A DNA stretch of 64,000 nt, from assembly GCA_951406725.2 (NCBI GenBank), contig OX597822.1, positions 117,180,001-117,244,000 on the forward strand. The letters run 5' to 3'. This document shows positions 28,799 to 43,259 of this stretch, in pieces. This stretch comes from Octopus vulgaris. Taxonomy: Eukaryota. How positions within the stretch are numbered: position 1 is the stretch's first letter; each line of letters starts with the position of its first letter. The notes under the pieces are model-generated. The model was not told where the DNA came from. It searched no databases and saw only the letters and a program-made list of their open reading frames with translations. A program made the translations under genes and the position numbers.

Positions 28799-28920
28799 GT
28801 TAACAGAATGGTTAACCGAATGGTTAACAGAATGGTTAACAGAATGGTTAACCGAATGGTTAACAGAATGGTTAACAGAATGGTTAACAGAATGGTTAAC
28901 AGAATGGTTAACCGAATGGT
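28799..28920. repeat. 12-bp minisatellite (GTTAACAGAATG)~10
   Basis: Direct reading; A/C variant units. Confidence 0.95.
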
Positions 28921-29866
28921 CTCAAGTTCAGGAAAATTCCTATGAAGCATCTCAGGCACAAATGGAATTCTAAGAGATGGGAAGGACTTAAGAAAGAAAA
29001 AAAAAAGAAAAATGGAAGGAAAAACTTGCTTTATCTTCCATCTCTTACTTGTTTCAGTCATTAGACCACGGCCATGCTGGGGCACCACTTGAAGGGATTT
29101 TAGCTGAATGGAATGAAAGAAATGAAGCCAGTATGCTTTGCTGGATGAGCAATGTCAGTGAGCACCTCTCACATCTCTCTCTCTCTCTCTCTTTATATAT
29201 ATATATATATATATATATTCTTGTATTCTTTTATTCTTTTACTTGTTTCAGTCGTTTGACTGTGGCCATGCTGGAGCACTGCCTTTTAGTTGAGTAAATC
29301 GACCCCAGGACTTACTCTTTGTAAGCTTAGTACTTATTCTATCGATCTCTTTTTGCTGAACTGCTAAGTTGTGGAGTTGTAAGCATACCAGCATTGGTTA
29401 AGTGATGTTGGGGGTGGATGGGTGGGTGGGGTAAACACAGACATAAAAGCATATACACACACATAAATATATATATAAATATATACAACAGGCTTCTTTC
29501 ATTTTCCATCTACCAAATCCATGCACAAACTTTGGTTGGGACAGGGCTATAGAAGATGACACTTGTCCAAAGTGCCACACAGTAAGACTGGACACTGGAC
29601 CATGTGACTGGGAAGCAATAATGACAGAGCGAAATGTGTTTTGCACATGAAGTCCATTGTTGTGACAAGAGAACTTTCACAAACCAATTAATCAGTTAAT
29701 AAATTAATTATGAAGTACTGAGGGCTTTTAACATGAATTGACAATGAAACTGGAGTCTAGGTACAAACAGTGAATGTGTTTTAATGACAAAATATTGTTT
29801 CCAAAGTGCACCATAAGCTATTTCAATAAGACTTTGCATCAAAATATAATATAATATAATATAACC

Positions 29867-30240
29867 TCTCTCTATATATAAAGCTGAAGTTGTCTGTGTG
29901 TGGCAGGTTTGGTAGCCTTCAACTAAAACTATCTCCTCCGAGACCCTGCGGTGCAAGTTGACCAAAATTGAGAGTATGATAGAAGAAGGCTTGCTCTTCA
30001 TTCTGTAGAAGATAAAATGGAAATCGGACTATGTTAATGCCCAAAAATTATTTACATCAAAAAGGTGCATTTTTTCTATGAAAATCCCTATTTTTTACGA
30101 TTTTTTTACTGCTGTGTCGCCATTTTTCGGTGTATTTCAACCAGAAAAATGTTCACTTAAAGAGAATAACAAGCTACATAATGCAAAATTTTTACTTTTC
30201 AAAAATTCCAATTCTAAATGGTCGAAACAAACCCGAGCAA
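29867..30240 (+). mobile_element. Related Helitron, 3' end truncated within the hairpin
   Basis: TCTATATATAAAGCTGAAGTTGTCTG start and ACAAACCCGAGCAA end shared with 40212-40606. Confidence 0.65.
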
Positions 30241-30744
30241 TATAATATAATATCACTGTATTGTTGTATTGAGCAGACTACCAGATGTCGTACTTCACTG
30301 GTCACAATGTGTTTCCTTGCGTTGTTGTAGCTTTTGAATGATGCTATCCTGATGGCTACGCAAACAAGCCAATACTTCCCATGAAAGGAATGCCAGTCCA
30401 TTTCTGGGTTACCCTTTTGCTGCTGAATGGACTGGGTTGATGTGAAATGAAGTGTTTTGCATGAGAACACAATGCCCCTGTTTGGGAATTGAAACGACGA
30501 TCTTGTGGTCATGAGTGTAACACCTTAACCACTAGACCAAGCACCTTGATAGGGTGTATGTGTGTGTGTGTGAGACAAAGAGAGAGAGACAGAGAGAAGA
30601 GAGAGACAGAAAGACAGACAAACAGGCAGACAGGCAGACAGGCAGGCAAGCAGGCAGCCAGATAGATACATAGACAGACAACAAATAGTATACAGACAAA
30701 TAAATAGACAGACAGATAGATAGATAGATGGATAGACGGATGCA

Positions 30745-31820
30745 TAGATACATACATACATACATACATGCATGCATGCATGCATACATACATGCATTCA
30801 TACATACATACATACACACATTCATACATACATACACACATTCATACATACATACGTACATACATACATGCATACATACATACATACATACATACACACA
30901 CATACATACATACATACATACATACATACATACATGCGTACATACATACATACACACACTACATACATACACACATACATACATACATAGATACATACAT
31001 ACATGCATACATACATACATACATACATACATACATACATACATACATACATACATACATACATACATACATACATACATACATACATACATACATGCAT
31101 ACATACATACATACATACACACATACAGAGTGAGGGTGAGAGAGAGGGAGAGAGACAAATGAGATAGAGAGAAAAAAGAAGCTACAAAGTTTTTGTTTAT
31201 TTATGCCTGTGATATTTAATAGAAACTCTGTTTCTTTTCTCTGTGTCCAGAACAATGGAATGATTGCAGGAAGATGGTGCAAAAGGAAGGCAGAAAGAAA
31301 GTCAGAAGGGAAGTATCAATTTCAATCTCATCTTACCCTGACGTGTAGTGGTGCAGATTATACTACAGAGTCAAGCTGATGTGTAACATTGGCCATACAC
31401 ATATACATATATGCATTCATGTATAATAAATCAATACATACATACATACATACATATATACATACATACATACATACATACATGCATGCATGCATTCATA
31501 CATACATACATACATACATACATACATACACACACATACATACATACATACATACATACATACATACATACATACATACACACACATACATACATACAAA
31601 CATACATGCATACATACATAGATACATACATACATACATACACGCATACACACATGCATAAATACATACATGTATGCATACATACATACATACATACAAA
31701 CATACATACATACATACACACATACATACATACATACACACATACATACATACATACATACATACATACATACATACATACATACATACATACACACACA
31801 CGCACACATACATACATATT
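30745..31820. repeat. Two (CATA)n tracts separated by ~300 bp of unique sequence
   Basis: Direct reading. Confidence 0.9.
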
Positions 31821-32092
31821 AACAATTGACAAGTCCCTTAACCCCTTCGGGGTTGTTGGGGTGCAATGTATCTAGGGTGAGAGCACCTGGAGACCCCATC
31901 CACCTCATACATATATACACATACATGCACAGACACAGACACACAGACACAAACACACACACACACGCACGCACACACACAAATATATATGCATGTATAT
32001 ATATAAATATAAATATTCATAGGCTCATGCACATACTCATATTTACGTATCTATCTATCTATTTGTATGTGTGCGTGTGTATGCATGCATAT

Positions 32093-32133
<41 letters not shown>

Positions 32134-32345
32134 AGCCTCGTCTGGCACCTGTGTCGGTGGCACATAAAATCACCCACTACACTCTCGGAGTGGTTGGCAT
32201 TAGGAAGGGCATCCAGCTGTAGAAACACTGCCAGATCTGACTGGCCTGGTGCAGCCTTCTGGCTCCCCAGACCCCAGTTGAACCGTCCAACCCATGCCAG
32301 CATGGAAAGCGGACGTTAAACGATGATGATGATGATGATGATGAT

Positions 32346-32908
32346 GATAAATAATTTACAAAATGAGGGCAGAAGAAAAATTCTAATGCCAAATATGCTG
32401 AAAAAAAGACAAAAAATTGTCAATAACCATTATAATTTATGCGTCTCGAAACAAACCGATAGAAATTTCTAAAAAATGCGTTATTACCGCATTGGTCCCA
32501 ATTTCGGGGTTAATTCATAAGAAATTTTCCTCTCTTCAGCGATAAATACGTGAGATATAAGTGAAATACTTACTCATACCCATGGAAAAAGCAAGCACTA
32601 AGTCCTGAGCAGACCTAAGTACCCCAAATATATCCAAAATAGAAAATCTTCGGCACATCTCGAGACACGTGTGGTGGGTATGAATAAGTATTTCACTTAC
32701 ATCTCACGTATTTATCGCTGAAGAGGGGAAAATTCTTATGAATTAACCCCGAAATTTGGACCAATACGGTAATAACGAATTTTTTAGAAATTTCTATCAG
32801 GTTGTTTCGAGATGCATAAATTATAATGGTTATTGACAATTTTTGTCTTTTTTTCAGCATATTTGGCATTAGAATTTTTCTTTTGCCCTTATTTTGTAAA
32901 TTATTTAT
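32346..32908. mobile_element. Palindromic MITE/foldback element (~235-bp arms)
   Basis: ATAAATAATTTACAAAAT...GTGAAATACTTA mirrored by TAAGTATTTCAC...ATTTTGTAAATTATTTAT. Confidence 0.8.
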
Positions 32909-33589
32909 GTATATATATATATAGGTGTGGCTGTATGGTATCTTGTTTAGCAACCACATGATTCCAGGTTCAGTCCCACTGCATGGCACCTTGGGCAAGT
33001 GTCTTCTCCTATAGCCTCGGGCCAACCAAAGACTTGTGAGTGGATTTGGTAGACAGAAACTAAAAGAAGCCCATCGTATATATATATATATATATATACA
33101 TACATACATATATATATATATATACATATATACACATGTGTGGGTGGGGGGGATGTCTGTTTGTTCCCAACCACCATGCTTGACAACCGATGTCGGTCCC
33201 TGTAATTTCACAGTTCAGCAAAAGAGACCGATAGAATAAGTACTAGGCTTACAAAGAATAAGTCCTGGGGTTGATTTGTTCAACTAAAGGTGGTGCTCCA
33301 GCATGGCCACAGTCAAATGACTGAAACAAATAAAAGAATATATATATATATGAATTTGTGGTGGGGCAGGGGTGAGTCAATTACATCGACTCTTGTACTC
33401 AACTGGTACTTATTTTATTGACCCTGAAAGAATGAAAGGCAAAGTTGACCTTGGTGGAATTTGAACTCAGAATGTAAAGATATGAAATGTTGCTAAGCAT
33501 TTTGCCCTGTATGCTAATGAATCTGCCCACTTGCCACCTTATATGTATAAATATGTATGTATACATAATGACATGAATGAGCTGAGCGT

Positions 33590-33746
33590 AACTACAGCTG
33601 TTTCAGACGTGTTTTCTTATTGAAGGACTAAGATGAGAGAGTGAACATGTATGAAAAATCCTAAATGTTAAGAATTTATTTTAATTTTAATTCACCTGAA
33701 GATTTGTTCATCAGTAAAAAACATGTATGAAACAGCTGTAGGGAAC
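33590..33746 (+). repeat. Degenerate hammerhead motif with an inverted partial copy
   Basis: TTCAC-CTGAAGA(33696)...GAAAC-AGCT-GTA-GGGAA; inverted CTACAGCTGTTTCA at ~33592; stem II poorly paired. Confidence 0.55.
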
Positions 33747-34039
33747 CTCTGCCCCACTGTGTTGTTATTCATACTGTACTACACTTCTCTGCATTGGATC
33801 TCGAGCTTTCAGTGGACCATGCATGTATGTGTGTAATTTTATGTGTGTATGCATGTATGTATGTATGTATGTATGTCTGGATGGATGGATTTTAAGCATA
33901 CATTGAGTGTATTTGGTCTATACTTGCGGATATATTGTGTAACTTGAAGGTTAAATCCATATATGCACTAGTACTTTACTAATATGTGAACTTATTATTA
34001 AAACACCTCAGTTCTGTTGGATCCTGCAAATAACTGTGC

Positions 34040-34098
<59 letters not shown>

Positions 34099-34160
34099 TA
34101 TATATGTATATATGTGTGTGTGTGTATGTGTATATACATACATACATACATACATACATG

Positions 34161-34208
<48 letters not shown>

Positions 34209-34817
34209 CTGCTCGCTTAGCCAGCGGGGTGGCGTCATTTGAAGGCTAAAGCAATGCGAAGCGCATTGTGACCAGCGATGTGTAACAACATCTGATAGCC
34301 TGGCCGGAAAAAAACAAAAAAACAATATATATATATATATATATATATGTGTGATGATGGTATATAATCCAAATAAGAGGGCAGAGAAAGACTTTAACAC
34401 AGATGTGCCACCCTGATATTCAAAACTGCAAATATTACTTAAATTTTTACTTGGAACTTTTGTGTGAACTGGCATGGAAATCAGAGTTGGTACAGAAACA
34501 ACTGTAACTGATCATTAAAGGTGGGTTAAATCCTTTTTTTTGTCTTGTTATTTGGATTATATTTTACTCCTGGTTAAACCTACACAATGGTGCTACTGTT
34601 GTGGAATCTGGATTTCGGATACCTGGTGAATTTGACTGAAATCAGACAATGTAGATAACATAAGACTTGGGTTGAATGCTGCATTGAAAATACACTATCC
34701 TACTACCTTTCCAAAGCCTTACATACATACATACAAACGCATACATACATACAAACGCATACATACATACAAACGCATACATACATACATACATACATAC
34801 ATACATACATACATACA

Positions 34818-34849
<32 letters not shown>

Positions 34850-36504
34850 AGAGCAGCAAAACTAGATGCATTAATGCAGTCCTGAAAAGTGAAGTTGTAG
34901 GAGTTGGCAGTGTAGGAGTTGGCAGTGAACTCTTCAAGAAGCACTCTCTTCCTGATGATCTCCTATGTAGTCCCAAAATAGCTGGACTCTCTTACATCAG
35001 AGAAGACCTGGATGGAAAGCACTGAACATACCAAAAAAAAAAAAAGACCATGCATGGGTATGTTGCCTGGAAGCTTGAAGAAGACAGTAGACTTGACATG
35101 AAGCGCAGCCTCTCTCGGACACAAGACTACTACATCACATCACACTTTATATATAGGTATGCATGTATATATATATGTATTTATATTGATTGATAGATAG
35201 ATAGATAGATAGACAGATATAGATATATGTGTAAATCGTTGCTATTATGCAAAAGTGTTGTAAGTCCAAAACGTTGCTTTTTCAGAAAATGAGAAAATAG
35301 TTTCCCCATTCCATTTCTTTTTATGTTAGCAACAGTTTCAGTTGAACAATAATACTTTGTTGGTTGCATAAAATCATAACTCCATGCATGTATGAAATTT
35401 TCAGTCAGAAATACTTTTGCAAAACTATCATATGTAAAGGCTTACTACACTTTTGGAGAATACAAAACTGTTGTACTAGACTTTGACAGTTTTTGATATC
35501 TTGGCATCTGAAGCAGCTGGAGATGCAGTAGTTTGAGCAAAGGAATCGGCTATTGCAAGCAAAATTATATATTGAAAAAAACACATTTGGCCAAATTTGG
35601 ACATACAACAGTTTAACATAATAGCGATGAAATAAATTTATATGTGTATGCATCTATTTCATATCCCAGTTTTCATCATAAAGCCCGTTGTAATATATTT
35701 TTGCATGGGTGGTTGGGATTCTCTGGCACCATATGTTACTTCGTGTCAAAATCTTTTGTTTGTTTGTCAGTGAAGTGTAACATCTTGAGATCAGTCTTCC
35801 CCTCGTCTTTACAAACCATTTCAGTCATCTGTTTCCTCATGTTACATTCATTTTAAGTGCTCAGCATTTCTTTGTACAGCTGTGAACCACCACAGCTAAC
35901 ACTAGTCCACAGCAGTGCAGTCTTCTCTCTTACACGCTACCTCTGATTCTTCTCCATCACTCATGTAGAGTTTTCTAGGGGCAGAGTTTTCTAGCAACAA
36001 GATGCCCTTACCGTCAACAACCTCCACTTATTTCCAAGTGATGTAATAATCTTCAAGTCTATCAAGCCTGGACATGCGTTATGTGGAGAACTGGAAACAA
36101 ATAACACCATTAGTGAGCCATTGTTTACAATCAGAAAACACACATGAAGACAAAGGAAATACAAACTCTCTCAGACAAACACATATACACACAAGATATA
36201 CACATACATATCTGTATACATATATATATAAAACATACATACACACATACATGCATACATACATATCTACATATGTATAATATAACTGAAGATGGAATTG
36301 GTAACTGCTGTTATTGTTTACTTAATTCTTCAATAATGAAACTGCAAACTGCTATTATCTTTTACAAGGTATCTCCTTAATTCTTTGATCTTGGAACTAC
36401 AAACCACTACTATCTTTCACTATGGATGTTACTTAAATCTCTGATGACCTGGTAATTATTAATATCCTCTATTAAGGATTTTCCTTAATTCTTTCTCTCC
36501 AAAG

Positions 36505-36581
36505 ATGGAATAAGTTGGCTTACATGGAAACCTTTGCTTGAAAACAAATGTTCCACATGCTCAGCGATTCTAGAAACTATC
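36505..36581 (+). other. Candidate exon (77 nt)
   Basis: TTCTTTCTCTCCAAAG| ... ACTATC|GTAAGT; one fully open frame (GISWLTWKPLLENKCSTCSAILETI). Confidence 0.45.
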
Positions 36582-36671
36582 GTAAGTGAGTTTGTGCATT
36601 ATTTCTTCATCTTTTATTTACTTTAGCTGCTCTACAATTATGTTTGAATTATAGATTAACAGGCTCTAAAG

Positions 36672-37011
36672 TAGGGGCTCTCATCCATTTTTTATCTTTG
36701 GGTCCCTTTGATTATTATTTTATTCTGGTGGACCCCCATAGCTATTTGATGTTTAAAAACTAGTTTTAGAGATTCTTCTTTCAAAATCCCTATTTTGTTC
36801 TTAACACATTAATTCACGTAGGTTGAACTATTTAAAATAGCAGAGGGAAAAACCTAGCTGTTTCTTGCAACACATACGAATACATACATTTAAAGCAAAA
36901 ATTTTTCAGGGGCCATTATAATACTATTTGGGATTCTTAATTTACTGTTTTGTTGCGTGGACCCCCAAAAATCTCATATGGATCCTCTGGGGCCATAGTT
37001 GAGAACCACTG
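36672..37011. mobile_element. hAT (Charlie-like) MITE
   Basis: TIRs TAGGGGCTCTCA / TGAGAACCACTG; TSD CTCTAAAG / CTCAAAAG. Confidence 0.75.
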
Positions 37012-37075
37012 CTCAAAAGTGATACCACATGTTTTGCCTGTTTTTTTCCCGAAAATTTTTTTATCCTATATCAAT

Positions 37076-37109
<34 letters not shown>

Positions 37110-37110
<1 letters not shown>

Positions 37111-38020
37111 CCATCTCAATCACAGATTTTTTAATTAATTTTTTTAAACTAAACAGTTTGATACTTTGAAAATTGGTAGAATTTCTCATGTAGAACATGG
37201 TTTACTCTGAACGTTTTTGACAAAATTTCATACCCTAGAAGTTATTTCCTGTTAAAGTTGTCGTATTTGGCTAATTTCAACCAATCAATGACATGTATTC
37301 GGTTGAAGAAACCTACTGCTGTTTGCAATAGTAACTGAAGAGGAACAACTTCCGGCTCATCTCTACTAAATGCCACCACTCTGTTCTATTTGTAATGCAT
37401 GCGAAGATGATGCCACCTTTATCCTTTCTTCCTTTCTAGTCAGCACCATGCATTCCTTACTCTTTCCCTCCCTTCTACACTATCAATTAGCAACCAGTGA
37501 GCGAATTTGTCATGGCCACTACAATTACTGTATTTTCCAGTGTATAAGCCACTACTTGTTTTATTTTACCTTCACGTTTAGATAATGTTTAGATAATTTT
37601 TTTATCTAATAAAGACTTTATATTGATGAAATGTGTTTGTTGCTGATTATAGTAAGATAAAATCATGACAATAACAATAGATCTCATAGTTGTAAAATAA
37701 GGCATTTTGAAATTACATATACGTCAACAACAAAAAAGCTAGCTGCGGACTCATTTAGTAGAGATGACCCGGAAGTTGTTCCTCTTCGATTACTATTGCA
37801 AACAGCAGTAGCTTTCTTCAACCAAATACACGTTGATTGGTTGAAATTACCCAAATACGACAACTTTAACAGGAAATAACTTCTAGAGTATGAAATTTTG
37901 TCAAAAACGTTCAGAGTATACCATGTTCTATGTGAGAAATTCTACCAGTATTTGAAGTTTGAAACTGTTTAGTTTAAAAAAATTAATTTAAAAATCTTTG
38001 ATTGATACGGAATAGATCCT
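37110..38020. mobile_element. MITE/foldback element (~270-bp inverted arms) inserted in (TA)n
   Basis: ~37120-37372 is the reverse complement of ~37753-38000 (e.g. GAAGAGGAACAACTTCCGG / CCGGAAGTTGTTCCTCTTC). Confidence 0.85.
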
Positions 38021-38031
38021 ACATTTATATA

Positions 38032-38076
<45 letters not shown>

Positions 38077-38549
38077 GTATGTATGTATGTAAGTATGTAT
38101 GCATGTATGTATGTAAGTATGTATGCATGTATGTATGTATGTATGTGTGTATATATATATATGTATATATATATGTGTATGTACATGCGCATGTATGTAT
38201 ATATGTATGTATGTATTTATGTATGAATATATATATATGTATATATATATGTGTATGTACATGTGCGTGTATGTATATATATATATATTATATATATGTG
38301 CATGCACATGTATCTGTATATGTGTGTGTTTATATATATATATAAATGCAGACACACACTCACACATTTACACTCGCACATGCATATATATATAGATACA
38401 CACACACACACACAGATATAAAGTCAAGCACAGCTGTGGTCATGTGAATTCCTGATGTGAGAAGAAAAACCAACCCAGCTGTGACACCACAGGTATATTG
38501 AATTTGTAGGTGTAGTAGCAGCAAATAGTGGCAGCAGCAGTAATTATAA

Positions 38550-38584
<35 letters not shown>

Positions 38585-38668
38585 AATATTGTACACTATT
38601 GATTTACCTGAAAGGAGAAGAGGAGTGGCATGGTCAAGCTTTGTAACATTTACTGCTGCTACAGTAGC

Positions 38669-39224
38669 TACCACCACCACCACCACCACCACCACCACCA
38701 CCACACCACCACCACCACCACCACCACTACCACCACCACCACCACCACCACCACCACCACCACCACCACCACCACCACCACCACCACCACCACCACCACC
38801 ACCACCACCACCACCACCACCACCACCACCACCACCACCACCACCACCACCACCACCACTACCACCACCCACCACCACCCCCACCACCACCACCACCACC
38901 ACCACCACCACCACCACTACCACCACCACCACCACCACCACCACCACCACCACTACCACCACCACTACCACCACCACCACTACCACCACCACCACCACCA
39001 CCACCACCACCACCACCACCACCACCACACCACCACCACCACCACCACCACCACCACCACCACCACCACCACTACCACCACCACCACTACCACCACCACC
39101 ACCACCACTACCACCACCACCACCACCACCACCACCACTACCACCACCACCACCACCACTACCACCACCACCACCACCACCACCACCACCACCACCACTA
39201 CCACCACCACCACCACCACCACCA

Positions 39225-39264
<40 letters not shown>
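38669..39264. repeat. ~600-bp (CCA)n/(CTA)n trinucleotide tract
   Basis: Direct reading; phase slips near 38703, 38870 and 39028. Confidence 0.95.
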
Positions 39265-39307
39265 CTTGTCTGCCATTGTTGCAGCTGTGAAGGCTGACAC
39301 TAATAAT

Positions 39308-39362
<55 letters not shown>

Positions 39363-39518
39363 CATACATATATATACACTGTCTGCAGATCATATATCTG
39401 GAAATGAAGCAGACTCTAAATCTTAGAGCTGTAATGTATTTATAGGAAGTTAATTATAAAACCCGTCAATGTTCTTTGGAATTACCATTATGGGATGCAG
39501 TCCTTTTGGAAATTATTC

Positions 39519-39996
39519 GGTACTTTTTGGTTATCTCACCCCCTATTAAAAAATTGGGTTATCTCCTCCCCCCCCCGTTTTATGAGAAATATCAGTACTT
39601 TTGGACATCTCCTTCAACTAAAAAAATTGTTCAAACCTCAATAAAACAACAAAAAAAAAGAAAAAATTAATAAACATAAAAAGTGAAAAGATGAAACATC
39701 ATTTTGAATCTGATAATATTTTTATCACAAATCATACAAAACGGAAAAAAACTGATAAACATGAAAACTGAAAAAAATGAAACATTTTACTGGATTTGGT
39801 AATATTTTTATAACAAATCCTACCATTTCTATTGAGGGGGTCAAACGTCAACAATGTGTTGAAGTATTGAATCAAAAGGACCTAACCCTTTTAATCCAAT
39901 CTCTTGTCGCCACATTAACTTGATTTTTTTAGTGGGGAGATAACCCAGTTTTTTAATGGCAATTTTTTAATGGGGGTGAGATAACCAAAGAGCACC
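39519..39996. mobile_element. Non-autonomous DNA transposon (Merlin-like MITE)
   Basis: TIRs GGTACTTTTTGGTTATCTCACCCC / GGGGTGAGATAACCAAAGAGCACC; perfect 8-bp TSD AATTATTC (39511-39518, 39997-40004). Confidence 0.8.
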
Positions 39997-40211
39997 AATT
40001 ATTCTTTTCTACTCTACACAAGGTCCGAAATATATGGGAGTAGGCCAGCTGATTAGATTAACCCCAGTACGCAACTGGTACTTGATACATTGACTCCCGA
40101 AAGAATGAAAGGTAAAGTCAACCTTGGTGGAATTTGAACTCAGAACGTAATGCTAAGCATTTCGCCTAGCATACTAACATTTCTGCCAGCTTGCTGCCTT
40201 CTTTTTGTAAA

Positions 40212-40606
40212 TCTTTATATATAAAAGTGAGGTTGTGTGCTGTCTATCTCCTACGATTTAGATTCCTATCTACTCCCACATTTTGTGGTGCAGTTTAACC
40301 AAAACCGGGTATCTTATAGTCGTGATTCATATTGAGCCCTTCTGGGTATTAGCGCACGTCTACGATGAGTCTATGATTTAAAAAAAAATTTACCACCAAT
40401 TTTTCCCATTTTTAATGCATTTTTGGCATATATAAGGGAAGTAACTCTCTAAAAATTTATTATTAAATCTCAGAACGTAAAAAGCTACAATAACACCCCC
40501 CATTGTGGTTAGCCATATTGAGATGGCTATTATACTTTACATCTCTAAAAATGCTTATATAGTTATTTCCTTTACAAACCCGAGCAACACCGGGCGATAC
40601 TGCTAG
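40212..40606 (+). mobile_element. Non-autonomous Helitron
   Basis: 5' A|TC-TTTATATATAAAAG, 3' hairpin CCCG-AGCAACAC-CGGG then CTAG|T. Confidence 0.8.
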
Positions 40607-40671
40607 TGTATATATAATATAATAATTGATGCGAATCAATTGTTGTTCATCAATATTTCTCCATTTTCAAA

Positions 40672-40900
40672 GGCGGCGAGCTGGCAGAAACGTTAGCACA
40701 CCGGGCGAAATGCGTAGCCGTATTTCGTCTGTCGTTACGTTCCGAGTTCAAATTCCGCCGAGGTCGACTTTGCCTTTCATCCTTTCGGGGTCGATAAATT
40801 AAGTACCAGTTGCGTACTGGGGTCGATGTAATCGACTTAATCCCTTTGTCTGTCCTCGTTTGTCCCCTCTGTGTTTAGCCCGTTGTGGGTAGTTAAGAAA
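40672..40900 (+). mobile_element. SINE family B (Meta-domain-like), young copy; many others, e.g. 1346-1580, 8879-9105, 21840-22070(-), 44560-45330 cluster, 62041-62466(-)
   Basis: GGCGGCGAGCTGGCAGAA head, GAGTTCAAATTCC B box, GCCTTTCATCCTTTCGGGGTCGATAAATTAAGTACC domain; 20-bp TSD ATCAATATTTCTCCATTTTC. Confidence 0.85.
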
Positions 40901-41085
40901 TCAATATTTCTCCATTTTCTGTTTCCTTTAAATCTTGATTCCTGATAAACTCCTTTTTATCCTTGTCTTTACCTATAACTTATGAGCATAACATTTTTGC
41001 CCAATGTTTAAATATAGGTAATTTACTGGTAGTATTTTAGATACTTTTATCCCTTAGATGGTTATTTTAACCTCTAACTCAACTA

Positions 41086-41203
<118 letters not shown>

Positions 41204-41373
41204 CATACATACATGCATACATATATATATATACATATATAAGGTTCCTTTCTGTGAAAGAGCATAGGCTCAAAATGTTAAAAACGTTTTCACTTCCCAA
41301 GCATTATACTAATACATCTGTTTGTTGTCTACACCACCTGTCTTTGTCTTTTGTTTTTTTTGTGAATTCTCCC

Positions 41374-41409
<36 letters not shown>

Positions 41410-41680
41410 TCATCATCATCATCATCATCAATATACATTATGGTTGGTCTACATTATTCTGTTAAGAAAAAAAAAAGAATCATCGGGCTGGTTTTCCAGT
41501 TTCTCTGGCATATATATGCCTCCCTGGGTGAGATGCTGGTCTGTCACAAGATGACTCTTTGTTACCAATTTGAAATGTTGTGTTTTGCTCAAGAATACAA
41601 CATATTGCCCTGTCCAGGAATTGAAACCAGAATCTTATGATTATGACTCCAACACCCTAACTACTAAACCATGCACCTTA

Positions 41681-41789
<109 letters not shown>

Positions 41790-42320
41790 TATATGTATTT
41801 TTTCTTTATTTAGTTTCAGTTTGAGGATTGCAGCCATGCTGGAGCACTATTTTTTTTTTAAACATATTTTTCCATTCTGGCATGGACAAATATATTATTA
41901 TTATTATCAATATTTTTTAACTAATAGATGCCCTTCCTGTTACTGATCCTTGCCTTTGTTTCAAGTAAGGGATCTCTCTTATTTAACACATCTTTGAAGG
42001 CACAAGGCCAGCAGACAATTTGTTTACAATGTAAATGACAACATCATTGCTTGAAACCCGAAAGTTCTGAGAGAGGCACATACATAAACAAACACACATG
42101 CACGTGTGTGCGCACACATGCATGTACATGTGCACACACACACACCCACACAAGTACACACACGTGTGGCTGGTAATTTAAACCTGAAAGAGATGGGTTT
42201 CTGCTGTTAGAGGCCTGTGAAACTTTAAGTCACATGGAGCCAAATAAACTTTTAAATAATACACATAACGCCTACTAAATGTGTTGAGTGCCTTTCTCTT
42301 TAGTCTGTTCACTCAGTAGT

Positions 42321-42466
42321 ATACATACATACATACATACATACGTACATACGTACATACATACATACACACACACACATACATACATACATACATACAT
42401 ACATACGTACATACATACATACATACATACATACATACACACACACACATACATACATACATACAT

Positions 42467-42499
<33 letters not shown>

Positions 42500-42680
42500 T
42501 ACATACATACATACGTACGTACATACATACATACATACATACATACATACATACATACATACATACATACATACATACATACGTACGTACATACATACAT
42601 ACATACATACATACAAACATACATACATACACACACACATACATACATACATACATACATACATACATACATACATACAT

Positions 42681-42713
<33 letters not shown>

Positions 42714-42730
42714 TACATACATACATACAT

Positions 42731-42763
<33 letters not shown>

Positions 42764-43245
42764 TACATACATACATACATACATACATACATACATACAT
42801 ACATACATACATACACACACACATACATACATACATACATACATACGTACATACATACATACACACACACATACACATACATACATACATACATACATAC
42901 ATACATACATACATACATACATCATACATACATACCTACATGCATACATACATACATACATACCTACATGCATACATACATACATACATACATACATACA
43001 TACATACCTATACATACATACATACATGCATGCATGCATGCATACATAGATACATAGATAGATAGATAGATAGATACATACATACATACATACATACATA
43101 CATACATACATGCATGCATGCATACATACATACATACATACATACATACATACATTCATATATACATTCATACATACATTCATTCATACATGCATTCATA
43201 CATACATACATACATACAGATATATATATATATATACATATATAA
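42321..43245. repeat. ~900-bp (CATA)n microsatellite
   Basis: Direct reading. Confidence 0.95.
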
Positions 43246-43259
43246 ATAATTTCTTTATT

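Noticed and set aside
34850-35130. Exon-like unique-looking stretch (HSLPDDLLCSP...)
   Set aside because: No convincing splice sites; more likely a decayed LINE 3' end, as is ~560-830
38360-39445. Poly-Gly/Val, poly-Pro/Thr and poly-His ORFs
   Set aside because: Pure (CCA)n tract with phase slips and no codon variety
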